Origin: Lingula anatina
Taxonomy: Eukaryota > Animalia > Brachiopoda
DNA: 64,000 nucleotides
NCBI GenBank assembly: GCA_051362555.1
Contig: CM120640.1
Coordinates: 31,019,967 to 31,083,966, forward strand
Direction of reading: 5' to 3'
Each line of letters starts with the position of its first letter. The first letter of the stretch is position 1. A model generated the notes under the pieces. That model was given only the letters and a program-made list of their open reading frames with translations, was not told the origin of the DNA and made no database searches. The translations under genes and the position numbers were made by a program. Shown in pieces: positions 40,301 to 54,781 of the stretch.

Positions 40301-43300
40301 ATTAAAATAGTTAAACGTTAATAATTTTGTCAAATCTAGTCCAATATTTCTAAAATTTGTACAAATGATGCTTAACAACAATAAAAATCTGTGATAAGCT
40401 GATCAGTTGTCTGTGTCTAATGAAAAGTGTTTTTGGGGACAACATATTTGGGAAAACTGAAAATTACATTGAAAAGACTGGCAAAACCCAGACCTTAAAA
40501 TAGTTAAACGTTAATAATTTTGTCAAATCTTGTCCTATATTTCTGAAACTTGAACAAATGATGCTTAACAACAATAGAAATCTATGATAAGCTGATCAGC
40601 TGTCTGTATTGAATGAAAAGTGTTTTTTGGGACATTATATTTGCGAAAACCAAAAATTACATTGAAAAGACTGGGAATTCACAGGACTTGAAATAGTTAA
40701 ATGTTAATAATTTTGTCAAATCTAGTCCAATATTTCTGAAATTTGTACAAATGATGCTTAACAACAATAAAAATCTGTGATAAGCTGATCAGTTGTTTGT
40801 ATTGAATAAAAAGTGTTTTTTGGGACAACATATTTGGGAAAACTGAAAATTACATTGAAAAGACCAAACCAAGGCCTTAAAATAGTTAAACGTTAATAAT
40901 TTTGTCAAATCTTGTCCTATATTTCTGAAATTTGTACAAATGATGCTTAACAACAATAAAAATCTGTGATAAGCTGATCAGTTGTCCGTGTCTAATGAAA
41001 AGTGCTTTTTGGGACAACATATTTGGGAAAACTGAAAATTACATTGAAAAGACTGGCAAAACCCAGACCTTAAAATAGTTAAACGTTAATAATTTTGTCA
41101 AATCTTGTCCTATATTTCTGAAATGTGTACAAATGATGCTTAACAACAATAAAAATCTGTGATAAGCTGATCAGCTGTCTGTATCTAATGAAAAGTGCTT
41201 TTTGGGACAACATATTTGGGAAAACTGAAAATTACATTGAAAAGACTGGCAAAACCCAGACCTTAAAATAGTTAAACGTTAATAATTTTGTCAAATCTTG
41301 TCCTATATTTCTGAAATCTGTACAAATGATGCTTAACAACAATAAAAATCTGTGATAATCTGATCAGCTGTCTGTATAGAATGAAAAGTGTTTTTTGGGA
41401 CATTTATTTGCGAAAACCAAAAATTACATTGAAAAGACTGGGAATTCACAGGACTTGAAATAGTTAAACGTTAATAATTTTGTCAAATCTAGTCCAATAT
41501 TTCTGAAATTTGTACAAATGATGCTTAACAACAATAAAAATCTGTGATAAGCTGATCAGTTGTTTGTATTGAATAAAAAGTGTTTTTTGGGACAACATAT
41601 TTGGGAAAACTGAAAATTACATTGAAAAGACCAAACCAAGGCCTTAAAATAGTTAAACGTTAATAATTTTGTCAAATCTTGTCCTATATTTCTGAAATCT
41701 GTACAAATGATGCTTAACAACAATAAAAATCTGTGATAAGCTGATCAGCTGTCTGTATCTAATGAAAAGTGTTTTTTGGGGCAACATATTTGGGAAAACT
41801 GAAAATTACATTGAAAAGACTGGGAATTCACAGGACTTGAAATAGTTAAATGTTAATAATTTTGTCAAATCTAGTCCAATATTTCTGAAATTTGTACAAA
41901 TGATGCTTAACAACAATAAAAATCTGTGATAAGCTGATCAATTGTTTGTATTGAATGAAAAGTGTTTTTTGGGACAACATATTTGGGAAAAATGAAAATT
42001 ACATTGAAAAGACCAAACCAAGGCCTTAAAATAGTTAAACGTTAATAATTTTGTCAAATCTTGTCCTATATTTCTGAAATTTGTACAAATGATGCTTAAC
42101 AAAAAATAAAAATCTGTGATAAGCTGATCAGTTGTCCGTGTCTAATGAAGTGTTTTTTTGGGACAACATATTTGGGAAAACTGAAAATTACATAGAAAAG
42201 ACTGGCAAAACCCAGACCTTAAAATAGTTAAACGTTAATAATTTTGTTAAATTTTGTGGAATATTTCTGAAATTTGTACGAATGATGCTTAACAATAATG
42301 AAAATCTGTGATAAGCTGATCAGTTATCTGAGTCTTTTTTTTAAGTGTCAAGTGTATGGGAAATAGATCATCAGAAGAGTGAGAATTAAACAGAACAAAT
42401 ATTTCAATATTGCAATGTATTATTTACTCTGAAAGTAAACAGAAAATGTGATGATTTGAAGTTGTTTGTGTAAGAGGTTGCAAATTACCTATAATTGTCA
42501 TCTGGAAAACAATATATACCCATACAAGAGTTCTCCTAACTACCTCTGCAAGATGCAGATTACTCCTTTCTGGAAGCGGTTGTTGTTATCACAATACTCA
42601 ACAAGGCCCTAAATCTTGCCAAATATCATGTATTGTACACATGGAGAAGACACAGTGCTGCTCTTGGTGGTCTCTTTCACTAACTGCTTTTTCAGCTTTT
42701 TCATGGTGAGGGTACTCTGAAACAAGAACAATATAACTGAAAGGACTGAAAATTACATTTGAAAAGAATGACAAATTCGGTGACTTAATTAAAATAGTTA
42801 AACGTTAATAATTTTTGTCAAATCTAGTCCAATATTTCTGAAATTTGTACAAATGATGCTTAACAACAATAAAATCCGTGATAAGCTGATCAGCTGTCTG
42901 TATCGAATGAAAAGTGTTTTTTGGGACATTATATTTGCGAAAACCAAAAATTACATTGAAAAGACTGGGAATTCACAGGACTTGAAATAGTTAAATGTTA
43001 ATAATTTTGTCAAATCTAGTCCAATATTTCTGAAATTTGTACAAATGATGCTTAACAACAATAAAAATCTGTGATAAGCTGATCAGTTGTTTGTATTGAA
43101 TGAAAAGTGTTTTTTGGGACAACATATTTGGGAAAACTGAAAGTTACATTGAAAAGACCAAACCAAGGCCTTAAAATAGTTAAACATTAATAATTTTGTC
43201 AAATCTTGTCCTATATTTCTGAAATTTGTACAAATGATGCTTAACAATAATAAAAATCTGTGATAAGCTGATCAGTTGTTCGTGTTTAATGAAGTGTTTA

Positions 43301-46300
43301 TTTGGGACAACATATTTGGGAAAACTGAAAATTACATAGAAAAGACTGGCAAAACCCAGACCTTAAAATAGTTAAACGTTAATAATTTTTTCAAATTTTG
43401 TGCAATATTTCTGAAATTTGTACAAATGATGCTTAACAATAATAAAAATCTGTGATAAGCTGATCAGTTATCTGAGTCTTTTTTTTAAGTGTCAAGTGTA
43501 TGGGAAATTGATCATCAGAAGAGTGAGAATTAAACAAAACAAATATTTCAATATTGCAATGTATTATTTACTCTGAAAGTAAACAGCAAATGTGATGATT
43601 TGAGGTTGTTTGTGTAAAATAGGCCTTAAAATAGTTAAACATTAATAATTTAATAATAATTTGTGTAAGAGGTTGCAAATTACCTATAACTGTCATCTGG
43701 AAAACAATATATACCCATACAATTGTTCTCCTTACTACCTCTGCAAGATGCAGATTACTCCTTTCTGGAAGGGGTTGTTGTTATCACAATACTCAACAAG
43801 GCCCTAAATCTTGCCAAATATCATGTATTGTACACATGGAGAAGACACAGTGCTGCTCTTGGTGGTATCTTTCACTAACTGATTTTTCAGCTTTTTCATG
43901 GTGAGGGTACTCTGAAACAAGAACAATATAACTGAAAGGACTGAAAATTACATTTGAAAAGAATGACAAATTCGGTGACTTAATTAAAATAGTTAAACGT
44001 TAATAATTTTGTCAAATCTTGTCCAATATTTCTGAAATTTGTACAAATGATGCTTAACAACAATAAAAATCTGTGATAAGCTGATCAGTTGTCTGTGTCT
44101 AATGAAAAGTGTTTTTGGGGACAACATATTTGGGAAAACTGAAAATTACATTGAAAAGACTGGGAATTTGCAGGACTTGAAATAGTTAAACGTTAATAAT
44201 TTTGTCTAATCTTGTCCAATATTTCTGAAATTTGTACAAATGATGCTTAACAACAATAAAAACCTGTGATAAGCTGATCAGTTTCTGTGTCTAATGAAAA
44301 GTGTTTTTTGGGACAACATATTTGGGAAAACTGAAAATTACATTGAAAAGACTGGCAAATCCCAGGCCTTAAAATAGTTAAACATTAATAATTTTGTCAA
44401 ATCTAGTCCAGTATTTCTGAAATTTGCACAAATGATGCTTAACAACAATAAAAACCTGTGATAAGCTGATCAGTTATCTGTGTCTAATGAAAAGTGCTTT
44501 TTGGGACAACATATTTGGGAAAACTGAAAATTACATTGAAAAGACTGGTAAAACCTAGACCTTAAAATAGTTAAACGTTAATAATTTTGTTAAATTTTGT
44601 GGAATATTTCTGAAATTTGTACGAATGATGCTTAACAATAATAAAAATCTGTGATAAGCTGATCAGTTATCTGAGTCTTTTTTTTAAGTGTCAAGTGTAT
44701 GGGAAATTGATCATCAGAAGAGTGAGAATTAAACAAAACAAATATTTCAATATTGCAATGTATTATTTACTCTGAAAGTAAACAGAAAATGTGATGATTT
44801 GAGGTTGTTTGTGTAAGAAGTTGCAAATTACCTATAACTGTCATCTGGAAAACAATATATACCCATACAAGAGTTCTCCTTACTACCTCTGCAAGATGCA
44901 GATTACTACTTTCTGGAAGGGGTTGTTGTTATCACAATACTCAGCAAGGCCCTAAATCTTGCCAAATATCATGTATTGTACACATGGAGAAGACACAGTG
45001 CTGCTCTTGGTGGTATCTTTCACTGCCTGCTTTTTCAGCTTTTTCATGGTGAGGGTACTCTGAAACAAGAACAATATAACTGAAAGGACTGAAAATTACA
45101 TTTGAAAAGAATGACAAATTCGGTGACTTAATTAAAATAGTTAAACGTTAATAATTTTGTCAAATCTTGTCCTATATTTCTGAAATTTGTACAAATGATG
45201 CTTAACAACAATAAAAATCCGTGATAAGCTGATCAGTTGTCTGTTTATAATGAAAAGTTTTTTTTAGGACAATATATTTGAGAAAACCAAAAATTACATT
45301 GAAAAGACTGGGAATTCACAGGACTTGAAATAGTTAAACGTTAATAATTTTGTCAAATCTTGTCCTATATTTCTGAAATTTGTACAAATGATGCTTAACA
45401 ACAATAAAAATCTATGATAAGCTGATCAGTTGTCTGTGTATAATGAAAAGTGTTTTTTGGGACATTATATTTGCGAAAACCAAAAATTACATTGAAAAGA
45501 CTGGGAATTCACAGGACTTGAAATAGTTAAATGTTAATAATTTTGTCAAATCTAGTCCAATATTTCTGAAATTTGTACAAATGATGCTTAACAACAATAA
45601 AAATCTGTGATAAGCTGATCAGTTGTTTGTATTGAATAAAAAGTGTTTTTTGGGACAACATATTTGGGAAAACTGAAAATTACATTGAAAAGACCAAACC
45701 AAGGCCTTAAAATAGTTAAACGTTAATAATTTTGTCAAATCTTGTCCTATATTTCTGAAATTTGTACAAATGATGCTTAACAACAATAAAAATCTGTGAT
45801 AAGCTGATCAGTTGTCTGTGTCTAATGAAAAGTGCTTTTTGGGACAACATATTTGGGAAAACTGAAAATTACATTGAAAAGACTGGCAAAACCCAGACCT
45901 TAAAATAGTTAAACGTTAATAATTTTGTCAAATCTTGTCCTATATTTCTGAAATCTGTACAAATGATGCTTAACTACAATAAAAATCTGTGATAAGCTGA
46001 TCAGTTATCTGTGTCTAATGAAAAGTGCTTTTTGGGACAACATATTTGGGAAAACTGAAAATTACATTGAAAAGACTGGCAAAACCCAGACCTTAAAATA
46101 GTTAAACGTTAATAATTTTGTTAAATTTTGTGGAATATTTCTGAAATTTGTACGAATGATGCTTAACAATAATAAAGATCTGTGATAAGCTGATCAGTTA
46201 TCTGAGTCTTTTTTTTAAGTGTCAAGTGTATGGGAAATAGATCATCAGAAGATTGAGAATTAAACAAAACAAATATTTCAATATTGCAATGTATTATTTA

Positions 46301-49300
46301 CTCTGAAAGTAAACAGCAAATGTGATGATTTGAGGTTGTTTGTGTAAGAGGTTGCAAATTACCTATAACTGTCATCTGGAAAACAATATATACCCATACA
46401 AGAGTTCTCCTTACTACCTCTGCAAGATGCAGATTACTCCTTTCTGGAAGGGGTTGTTGTTATCACAATACTCAGCAAGGCCCTAAATCTTGCCAAATAT
46501 CATGTATTGTACACATGGAGAAGACACAGTGCTGCTCTTGGTGGTATCTTTCACTGCCTGCTTTTTCAGCTTTTTCATGGTGAGGGTACTCTGAAACAAG
46601 AACAATATAACTGAAAGGACTGAAAATTACATTTGAAAAGAATGACAAATTCGGTGACTTAATTAAAATAGTTAAACGTTAATAATTTTGTCAAATCTAG
46701 TCCAATATTTCTGAAATTTGTACAAATGATGCTTAACAACAATAAAAATCTGTGATAATCTGATCAGTTGTCTGTGTCTAATGAAAAGTGTTTTTGGGGA
46801 CAACATATTTGGGAAAATTGAAAATTACATTGAAAAGACTGGGAATTTGCAGGACTTGAAATAGTTAAACGTTAATAATTTTGTCCAATCTAGTCCAATA
46901 TTTCTGAAATTTGTACAAATGATGCTTAACAACAATAAAAATCTGTGATAAGCTGATCAGTTGTTTGTATTGAATAAAAAGTGTTTTTTGGGACAACATA
47001 TTTGGGAAAACTGAAAATTACATTGAAAAGACTGGCAAAACCCAGACCTTAAAATAGTTAAACGTTAATAATTTTGTCAAATCTTGTCCTATATTTCTGA
47101 AATCTGTACAAATGATGCTTAACAACAATAAAAATCTGTGATAAGCTGATCAGCTGTCTGTATCTAATGAAAAGTGTTTTTTGGGGCAACATATTTGGGA
47201 AAACTGAAAATTACATTGAAAAGACTGGCAAAACCCAGGCCTTAAAATAGTTAAACGTTAATAATTTTGTTAAATTTTGTGAAATATTTCTGAAATTTGT
47301 ACGAATGATGCTTAACAATAATAAAAATCTGTGATAAGCTGATCAGTTATCTGAGTCTTTTTTTTTAAGTGTCAAGTGTATGGGAAATTGATCATCAGAA
47401 GAGTGAGAATTAAACAGAACAAATATTTCAATATTGCAATGTATTATTTACTCTGAAAGTAAACAGAAAATGTGATGATTTGAGGTTGTTTGTGTAAGAG
47501 GTTGCAAATTACCTATAACTGTCATCTGGAAAACAATATATACCCATACAAGAGTTCTCCTTACTACCTCTGCAAGATGCAGATTACTCCTTTCTGGAAG
47601 GGGTTGTTGTTATCACAATACTCAACAAGGCCCTAAATCTTGCCAAATATCATGTATTGTACACATGGAGAAGACACAGTGCTGCTCTTGGTGGTATCTT
47701 TCACTGCCTGCTTTTTCAGCTTTTTCATGGTGAGGGTACTCTGAAACAAGAACAATATAACTGAAAGGACTGAAAATTACATTTGAAAAGAATGACAAAT
47801 TCGGTGACTTAATTAAAATAGTTAAACGTTAATAATTTTGTCAAATCTAGTCCAATATTTCTGAAAATTGTACAAATGATGCTTAACAACAATAAAAATC
47901 CGTGATAAGCTGATCAGTTGTCTGTTTATAATGAAAAGTTTTTTTTAGGACAATATATTTGAGAAAACCAAAAATTACATTGAAAAGACTGGGAATTCAC
48001 AGGACTTGAAATAGTTAAACGTTAATAATTTTGTCAAATCTAGTCCAATATTTCTGAAATTTGTACAAATGATGCTTAACAACAATAAAAACCTGTGATA
48101 AGCTGATCAGTTGTCTGTGTCTAATGAAAAGTGTTTTTTGGGACAACATATTTGGGAAAACTGAAAATTACATTGAAAAGACTGGCAAAACCCAGACCTT
48201 AAAATAGTTAAACGTTAATAATTTTGTCAAATCTTGTCCTATATTTCTGAAATCTGTACAAATGATGCTTAACATCAATAAAAATCTGTGATAAGCTGAT
48301 CAGCTGTCTGTATCTAATGAAAAGTGTTTTTTGGGGCAACATATTTGGGAAAACTGAAAATTACATTGAAAAGACTGGCAAAACCCAGGCCTTAAAATAG
48401 TTAAACGTTAATAATTTTGTTAAATTTTGTGAAATATTTCTGAAATTTGTACGAATGATGCTTAACAATAATAAAAATCTGTGATAAGCTGATCAGTTAT
48501 CTGAGTCTTTTTTTTAAGTGTCAAGTGTATGGGAAATTGATCATCAGAAGAGTGAGAATTAAACAGAACAAATATTTCAATATTGCAATGTATTATTTAC
48601 TCTGAAAGTAAACAGAAAATGTGATGATTTGAGGTTGTTTGTGTAAGAGGTTGCAAATTACCTATAACTGTCATCTGGAAAACAATATATACCCATACAA
48701 GAGTTCTCCTTACTACCTCTGCAAGATGCAGATTACTCCTTTCTGGAAGAGGTTGTTGTTATCACAATACTCAGCAAGGCCCTAAATCTTGCCAAATTTC
48801 ATGTATTGTACACATGGAGAAGACACAGTGCTGCTCTTGGTGGTATCTTTCACTAACTGCTTTTTCAGCTTTTTCATGGTGAGGGTACTCTGAAACAAGA
48901 ACAATATAACTGAAAGGACTGAAAATTACATTTGAAAAGAATGACAAATTCGGTGACTTAATTAAAATAGTTAAACGTTAATAATTTTGTCAAATCTAGT
49001 CCAATATTTCTAAAATTTGTACAAATGATGCTTAACAACAATAAAAATCTGTGATAAGCTGATCAGTTGTCTGTGTCTAATGAAAAGTGTTTTTGGGGAC
49101 AACATATTTGGGAAAACTGAAAATTACATTGAAAAGACTGGCAAAACCCAGACCTTAAAATAGTTAAACGTTAATAATTTTGTCAAATCTTGTCCTATAT
49201 TTCTGAAACTTGAACAAATGATGCTTAACAACAATAGAAATCTATGATAAGCTGATCAGCTGTCTGTATTGAATGAAAAGTGTTTTTTGGGACATTATAT

Positions 49301-52300
49301 TTGCGAAAACCAAAAATTACATTGAAAAGACTGGGAATTCACAGGACTTGAAATAGTTAAATGTTAATAATTTTGTCAAATCTAGTCCAATATTTCTGAA
49401 ATTTGTACAAATGATGCTTAACAACAATAAAAATCTGTGATAAGCTGATCAGTTGTTTGTATTGAATAAAAAGTGTTTTTTGGGACAACATATTTGGGAA
49501 AACTGAAAATTACATTGAAAAGACCAAACCAAGGCCTTAAAATAGTTAAACGTTAATAATTTTGTCAAATCTTGTCCTATATTTCTGAAATTTGTACAAA
49601 TGATGCTTAACAACAATAAAAATCTGTGATAAGCTGATCAGTTGTCCGTGTCTAATGAAAAGTGCTTTTTGGGACAACATATTTGGGAAAACTGAAAATT
49701 ACATTGAAAAGACTGGCAAAACCCAGACCTTAAAATAGTTAAACGTTAATAATTTTGTCAAATCTTGTCCTATATTTCTGAAATGTGTACAAATGATGCT
49801 TAACAACAATAAAAATCTGTGATAAGCTGATCAGCTGTCTGTATCTAATGAAAAGTGCTTTTTGGGACAACATATTTGGGAAAACTGAAAATTACATTGA
49901 AAAGACTGGCAAAACCCAGACCTTAAAATAGTTAAACGTTAATAATTTTGTCAAATCTTGTCCTATATTTCTGAAATCTGTACAAATGATGCTTAACAAC
50001 AATAAAAATCTGTGATAATCTGATCAGCTGTCTGTATAGAATGAAAAGTGTTTTTTGGGACATTTATTTGCGAAAACCAAAAATTACATTGAAAAGACTG
50101 GGAATTCACAGGACTTGAAATAGTTAAACGTTAATAATTTTGTCAAATCTAGTCCAATATTTCTGAAATTTGTACAAATGATGCTTAACAACAATAAAAA
50201 TCTGTGATAAGCTGATCAGTTGTTTGTATTGAATAAAAAGTGTTTTTTGGGACAACATATTTGGGAAAACTGAAAATTACATTGAAAAGACCAAACCAAG
50301 GCCTTAAAATAGTTAAACGTTAATAATTTTGTCAAATCTTGTCCTATATTTCTGAAATCTGTACAAATGATGCTTAACAACAATAAAAATCTGTGATAAG
50401 CTGATCAGCTGTCTGTATCTAATGAAAAGTGTTTTTTGGGGCAACATATTTGGGAAAACTGAAAATTACATTGAAAAGACTGGGAATTCACAGGACTTGA
50501 AATAGTTAAATGTTAATAATTTTGTCAAATCTAGTCCAATATTTCTGAAATTTGTACAAATGATGCTTAACAACAATAAAAATCTGTGATAAGCTGATCA
50601 ATTGTTTGTATTGAATGAAAAGTGTTTTTTGGGACAACATATTTGGGAAAAATGAAAATTACATTGAAAAGACCAAACCAAGGCCTTAAAATAGTTAAAC
50701 GTTAATAATTTTGTCAAATCTTGTCCTATATTTCTGAAATTTGTACAAATGATGCTTAACAAAAAATAAAAATCTGTGATAAGCTGATCAGTTGTCCGTG
50801 TCTAATGAAGTGTTTTTTTGGGACAACATATTTGGGAAAACTGAAAATTACATAGAAAAGACTGGCAAAACCCAGACCTTAAAATAGTTAAACGTTAATA
50901 ATTTTGTTAAATTTTGTGGAATATTTCTGAAATTTGTACGAATGATGCTTAACAATAATGAAAATCTGTGATAAGCTGATCAGTTATCTGAGTCTTTTTT
51001 TTAAGTGTCAAGTGTATGGGAAATAGATCATCAGAAGAGTGAGAATTAAACAGAACAAATATTTCAATATTGCAATGTATTATTTACTCTGAAAGTAAAC
51101 AGAAAATGTGATGATTTGAAGTTGTTTGTGTAAGAGGTTGCAAATTACCTATAATTGTCATCTGGAAAACAATATATACCCATACAAGAGTTCTCCTAAC
51201 TACCTCTGCAAGATGCAGATTACTCCTTTCTGGAAGCGGTTGTTGTTATCACAATACTCAACAAGGCCCTAAATCTTGCCAAATATCATGTATTGTACAC
51301 ATGGAGAAGACACAGTGCTGCTCTTGGTGGTCTCTTTCACTAACTGCTTTTTCAGCTTTTTCATGGTGAGGGTACTCTGAAACAAGAACAATATAACTGA
51401 AAGGACTGAAAATTACATTTGAAAAGAATGACAAATTCGGTGACTTAATTAAAATAGTTAAACGTTAATAATTTTTGTCAAATCTAGTCCAATATTTCTG
51501 AAATTTGTACAAATGATGCTTAACAACAATAAAATCCGTGATAAGCTGATCAGCTGTCTGTATCGAATGAAAAGTGTTTTTTGGGACATTATATTTGCGA
51601 AAACCAAAAATTACATTGAAAAGACTGGGAATTCACAGGACTTGAAATAGTTAAATGTTAATAATTTTGTCAAATCTAGTCCAATATTTCTGAAATTTGT
51701 ACAAATGATGCTTAACAACAATAAAAATCTGTGATAAGCTGATCAGTTGTTTGTATTGAATGAAAAGTGTTTTTTGGGACAACATATTTGGGAAAACTGA
51801 AAGTTACATTGAAAAGACCAAACCAAGGCCTTAAAATAGTTAAACATTAATAATTTTGTCAAATCTTGTCCTATATTTCTGAAATTTGTACAAATGATGC
51901 TTAACAATAATAAAAATCTGTGATAAGCTGATCAGTTGTTCGTGTTTAATGAAGTGTTTATTTGGGACAACATATTTGGGAAAACTGAAAATTACATAGA
52001 AAAGACTGGCAAAACCCAGACCTTAAAATAGTTAAACGTTAATAATTTTTTCAAATTTTGTGCAATATTTCTGAAATTTGTACAAATGATGCTTAACAAT
52101 AATAAAAATCTGTGATAAGCTGATCAGTTATCTGAGTCTTTTTTTTAAGTGTCAAGTGTATGGGAAATTGATCATCAGAAGAGTGAGAATTAAACAAAAC
52201 AAATATTTCAATATTGCAATGTATTATTTACTCTGAAAGTAAACAGCAAATGTGATGATTTGAGGTTGTTTGTGTAAAATAGGCCTTAAAATAGTTAAAC

Positions 52301-54781
52301 ATTAATAATTTAATAATAATTTGTGTAAGAGGTTGCAAATTACCTATAACTGTCATCTGGAAAACAATATATACCCATACAATTGTTCTCCTTACTACCT
52401 CTGCAAGATGCAGATTACTCCTTTCTGGAAGGGGTTGTTGTTATCACAATACTCAACAAGGCCCTAAATCTTGCCAAATATCATGTATTGTACACATGGA
52501 GAAGACACAGTGCTGCTCTTGGTGGTATCTTTCACTAACTGATTTTTCAGCTTTTTCATGGTGAGGGTACTCTGAAACAAGAACAATATAACTGAAAGGA
52601 CTGAAAATTACATTTGAAAAGAATGACAAATTCGGTGACTTAATTAAAATAGTTAAACGTTAATAATTTTGTCAAATCTTGTCCAATATTTCTGAAATTT
52701 GTACAAATGATGCTTAACAACAATAAAAATCTGTGATAAGCTGATCAGTTGTCTGTGTCTAATGAAAAGTGTTTTTGGGGACAACATATTTGGGAAAACT
52801 GAAAATTACATTGAAAAGACTGGGAATTTGCAGGACTTGAAATAGTTAAACGTTAATAATTTTGTCTAATCTTGTCCAATATTTCTGAAATTTGTACAAA
52901 TGATGCTTAACAACAATAAAAACCTGTGATAAGCTGATCAGTTTCTGTGTCTAATGAAAAGTGTTTTTTGGGACAACATATTTGGGAAAACTGAAAATTA
53001 CATTGAAAAGACTGGCAAATCCCAGGCCTTAAAATAGTTAAACATTAATAATTTTGTCAAATCTAGTCCAGTATTTCTGAAATTTGCACAAATGATGCTT
53101 AACAACAATAAAAACCTGTGATAAGCTGATCAGTTATCTGTGTCTAATGAAAAGTGCTTTTTGGGACAACATATTTGGGAAAACTGAAAATTACATTGAA
53201 AAGACTGGTAAAACCTAGACCTTAAAATAGTTAAACGTTAATAATTTTGTTAAATTTTGTGGAATATTTCTGAAATTTGTACGAATGATGCTTAACAATA
53301 ATAAAAATCTGTGATAAGCTGATCAGTTATCTGAGTCTTTTTTTTAAGTGTCAAGTGTATGGGAAATTGATCATCAGAAGAGTGAGAATTAAACAAAACA
53401 AATATTTCAATATTGCAATGTATTATTTACTCTGAAAGTAAACAGAAAATGTGATGATTTGAGGTTGTTTGTGTAAGAAGTTGCAAATTACCTATAACTG
53501 TCATCTGGAAAACAATATATACCCATACAAGAGTTCTCCTTACTACCTCTGCAAGATGCAGATTACTACTTTCTGGAAGGGGTTGTTGTTATCACAATAC
53601 TCAGCAAGGCCCTAAATCTTGCCAAATATCATGTATTGTACACATGGAGAAGACACAGTGCTGCTCTTGGTGGTATCTTTCACTGCCTGCTTTTTCAGCT
53701 TTTTCATGGTGAGGGTACTCTGAAACAAGAACAATATAACTGAAAGGACTGAAAATTACATTTGAAAAGAATGACAAATTCGGTGACTTAATTAAAATAG
53801 TTAAACGTTAATAATTTTGTCAAATCTTGTCCTATATTTCTGAAATTTGTACAAATGATGCTTAACAACAATAAAAATCCGTGATAAGCTGATCAGTTGT
53901 CTGTTTATAATGAAAAGTTTTTTTTAGGACAATATATTTGAGAAAACCAAAAATTACATTGAAAAGACTGGGAATTCACAGGACTTGAAATAGTTAAACG
54001 TTAATAATTTTGTCAAATCTTGTCCTATATTTCTGAAATTTGTACAAATGATGCTTAACAACAATAAAAATCTATGATAAGCTGATCAGTTGTCTGTGTA
54101 TAATGAAAAGTGTTTTTTGGGACATTATATTTGCGAAAACCAAAAATTACATTGAAAAGACTGGGAATTCACAGGACTTGAAATAGTTAAATGTTAATAA
54201 TTTTGTCAAATCTAGTCCAATATTTCTGAAATTTGTACAAATGATGCTTAACAACAATAAAAATCTGTGATAAGCTGATCAGTTGTTTGTATTGAATAAA
54301 AAGTGTTTTTTGGGACAACATATTTGGGAAAACTGAAAATTACATTGAAAAGACCAAACCAAGGCCTTAAAATAGTTAAACGTTAATAATTTTGTCAAAT
54401 CTTGTCCTATATTTCTGAAATTTGTACAAATGATGCTTAACAACAATAAAAATCTGTGATAAGCTGATCAGTTGTCTGTGTCTAATGAAAAGTGCTTTTT
54501 GGGACAACATATTTGGGAAAACTGAAAATTACATTGAAAAGACTGGCAAAACCCAGACCTTAAAATAGTTAAACGTTAATAATTTTGTCAAATCTTGTCC
54601 TATATTTCTGAAATCTGTACAAATGATGCTTAACTACAATAAAAATCTGTGATAAGCTGATCAGTTATCTGTGTCTAATGAAAAGTGCTTTTTGGGACAA
54701 CATATTTGGGAAAACTGAAAATTACATTGAAAAGACTGGCAAAACCCAGACCTTAAAATAGTTAAACGTTAATAATTTTGT
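37327..54781 (+). repeat. 8660-bp direct tandem duplication (37327-45986 / 45987-54646, with ~135 bp of junction identity)
   Basis: gattgagaat 37591/46251, ctgaaaattg 39201/47861, gccaaatttc 40131/48791, gaagtgttta 43291/51951 and taactacaat 45971/54631 are all exactly 8660 apart. Confidence 0.95.
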
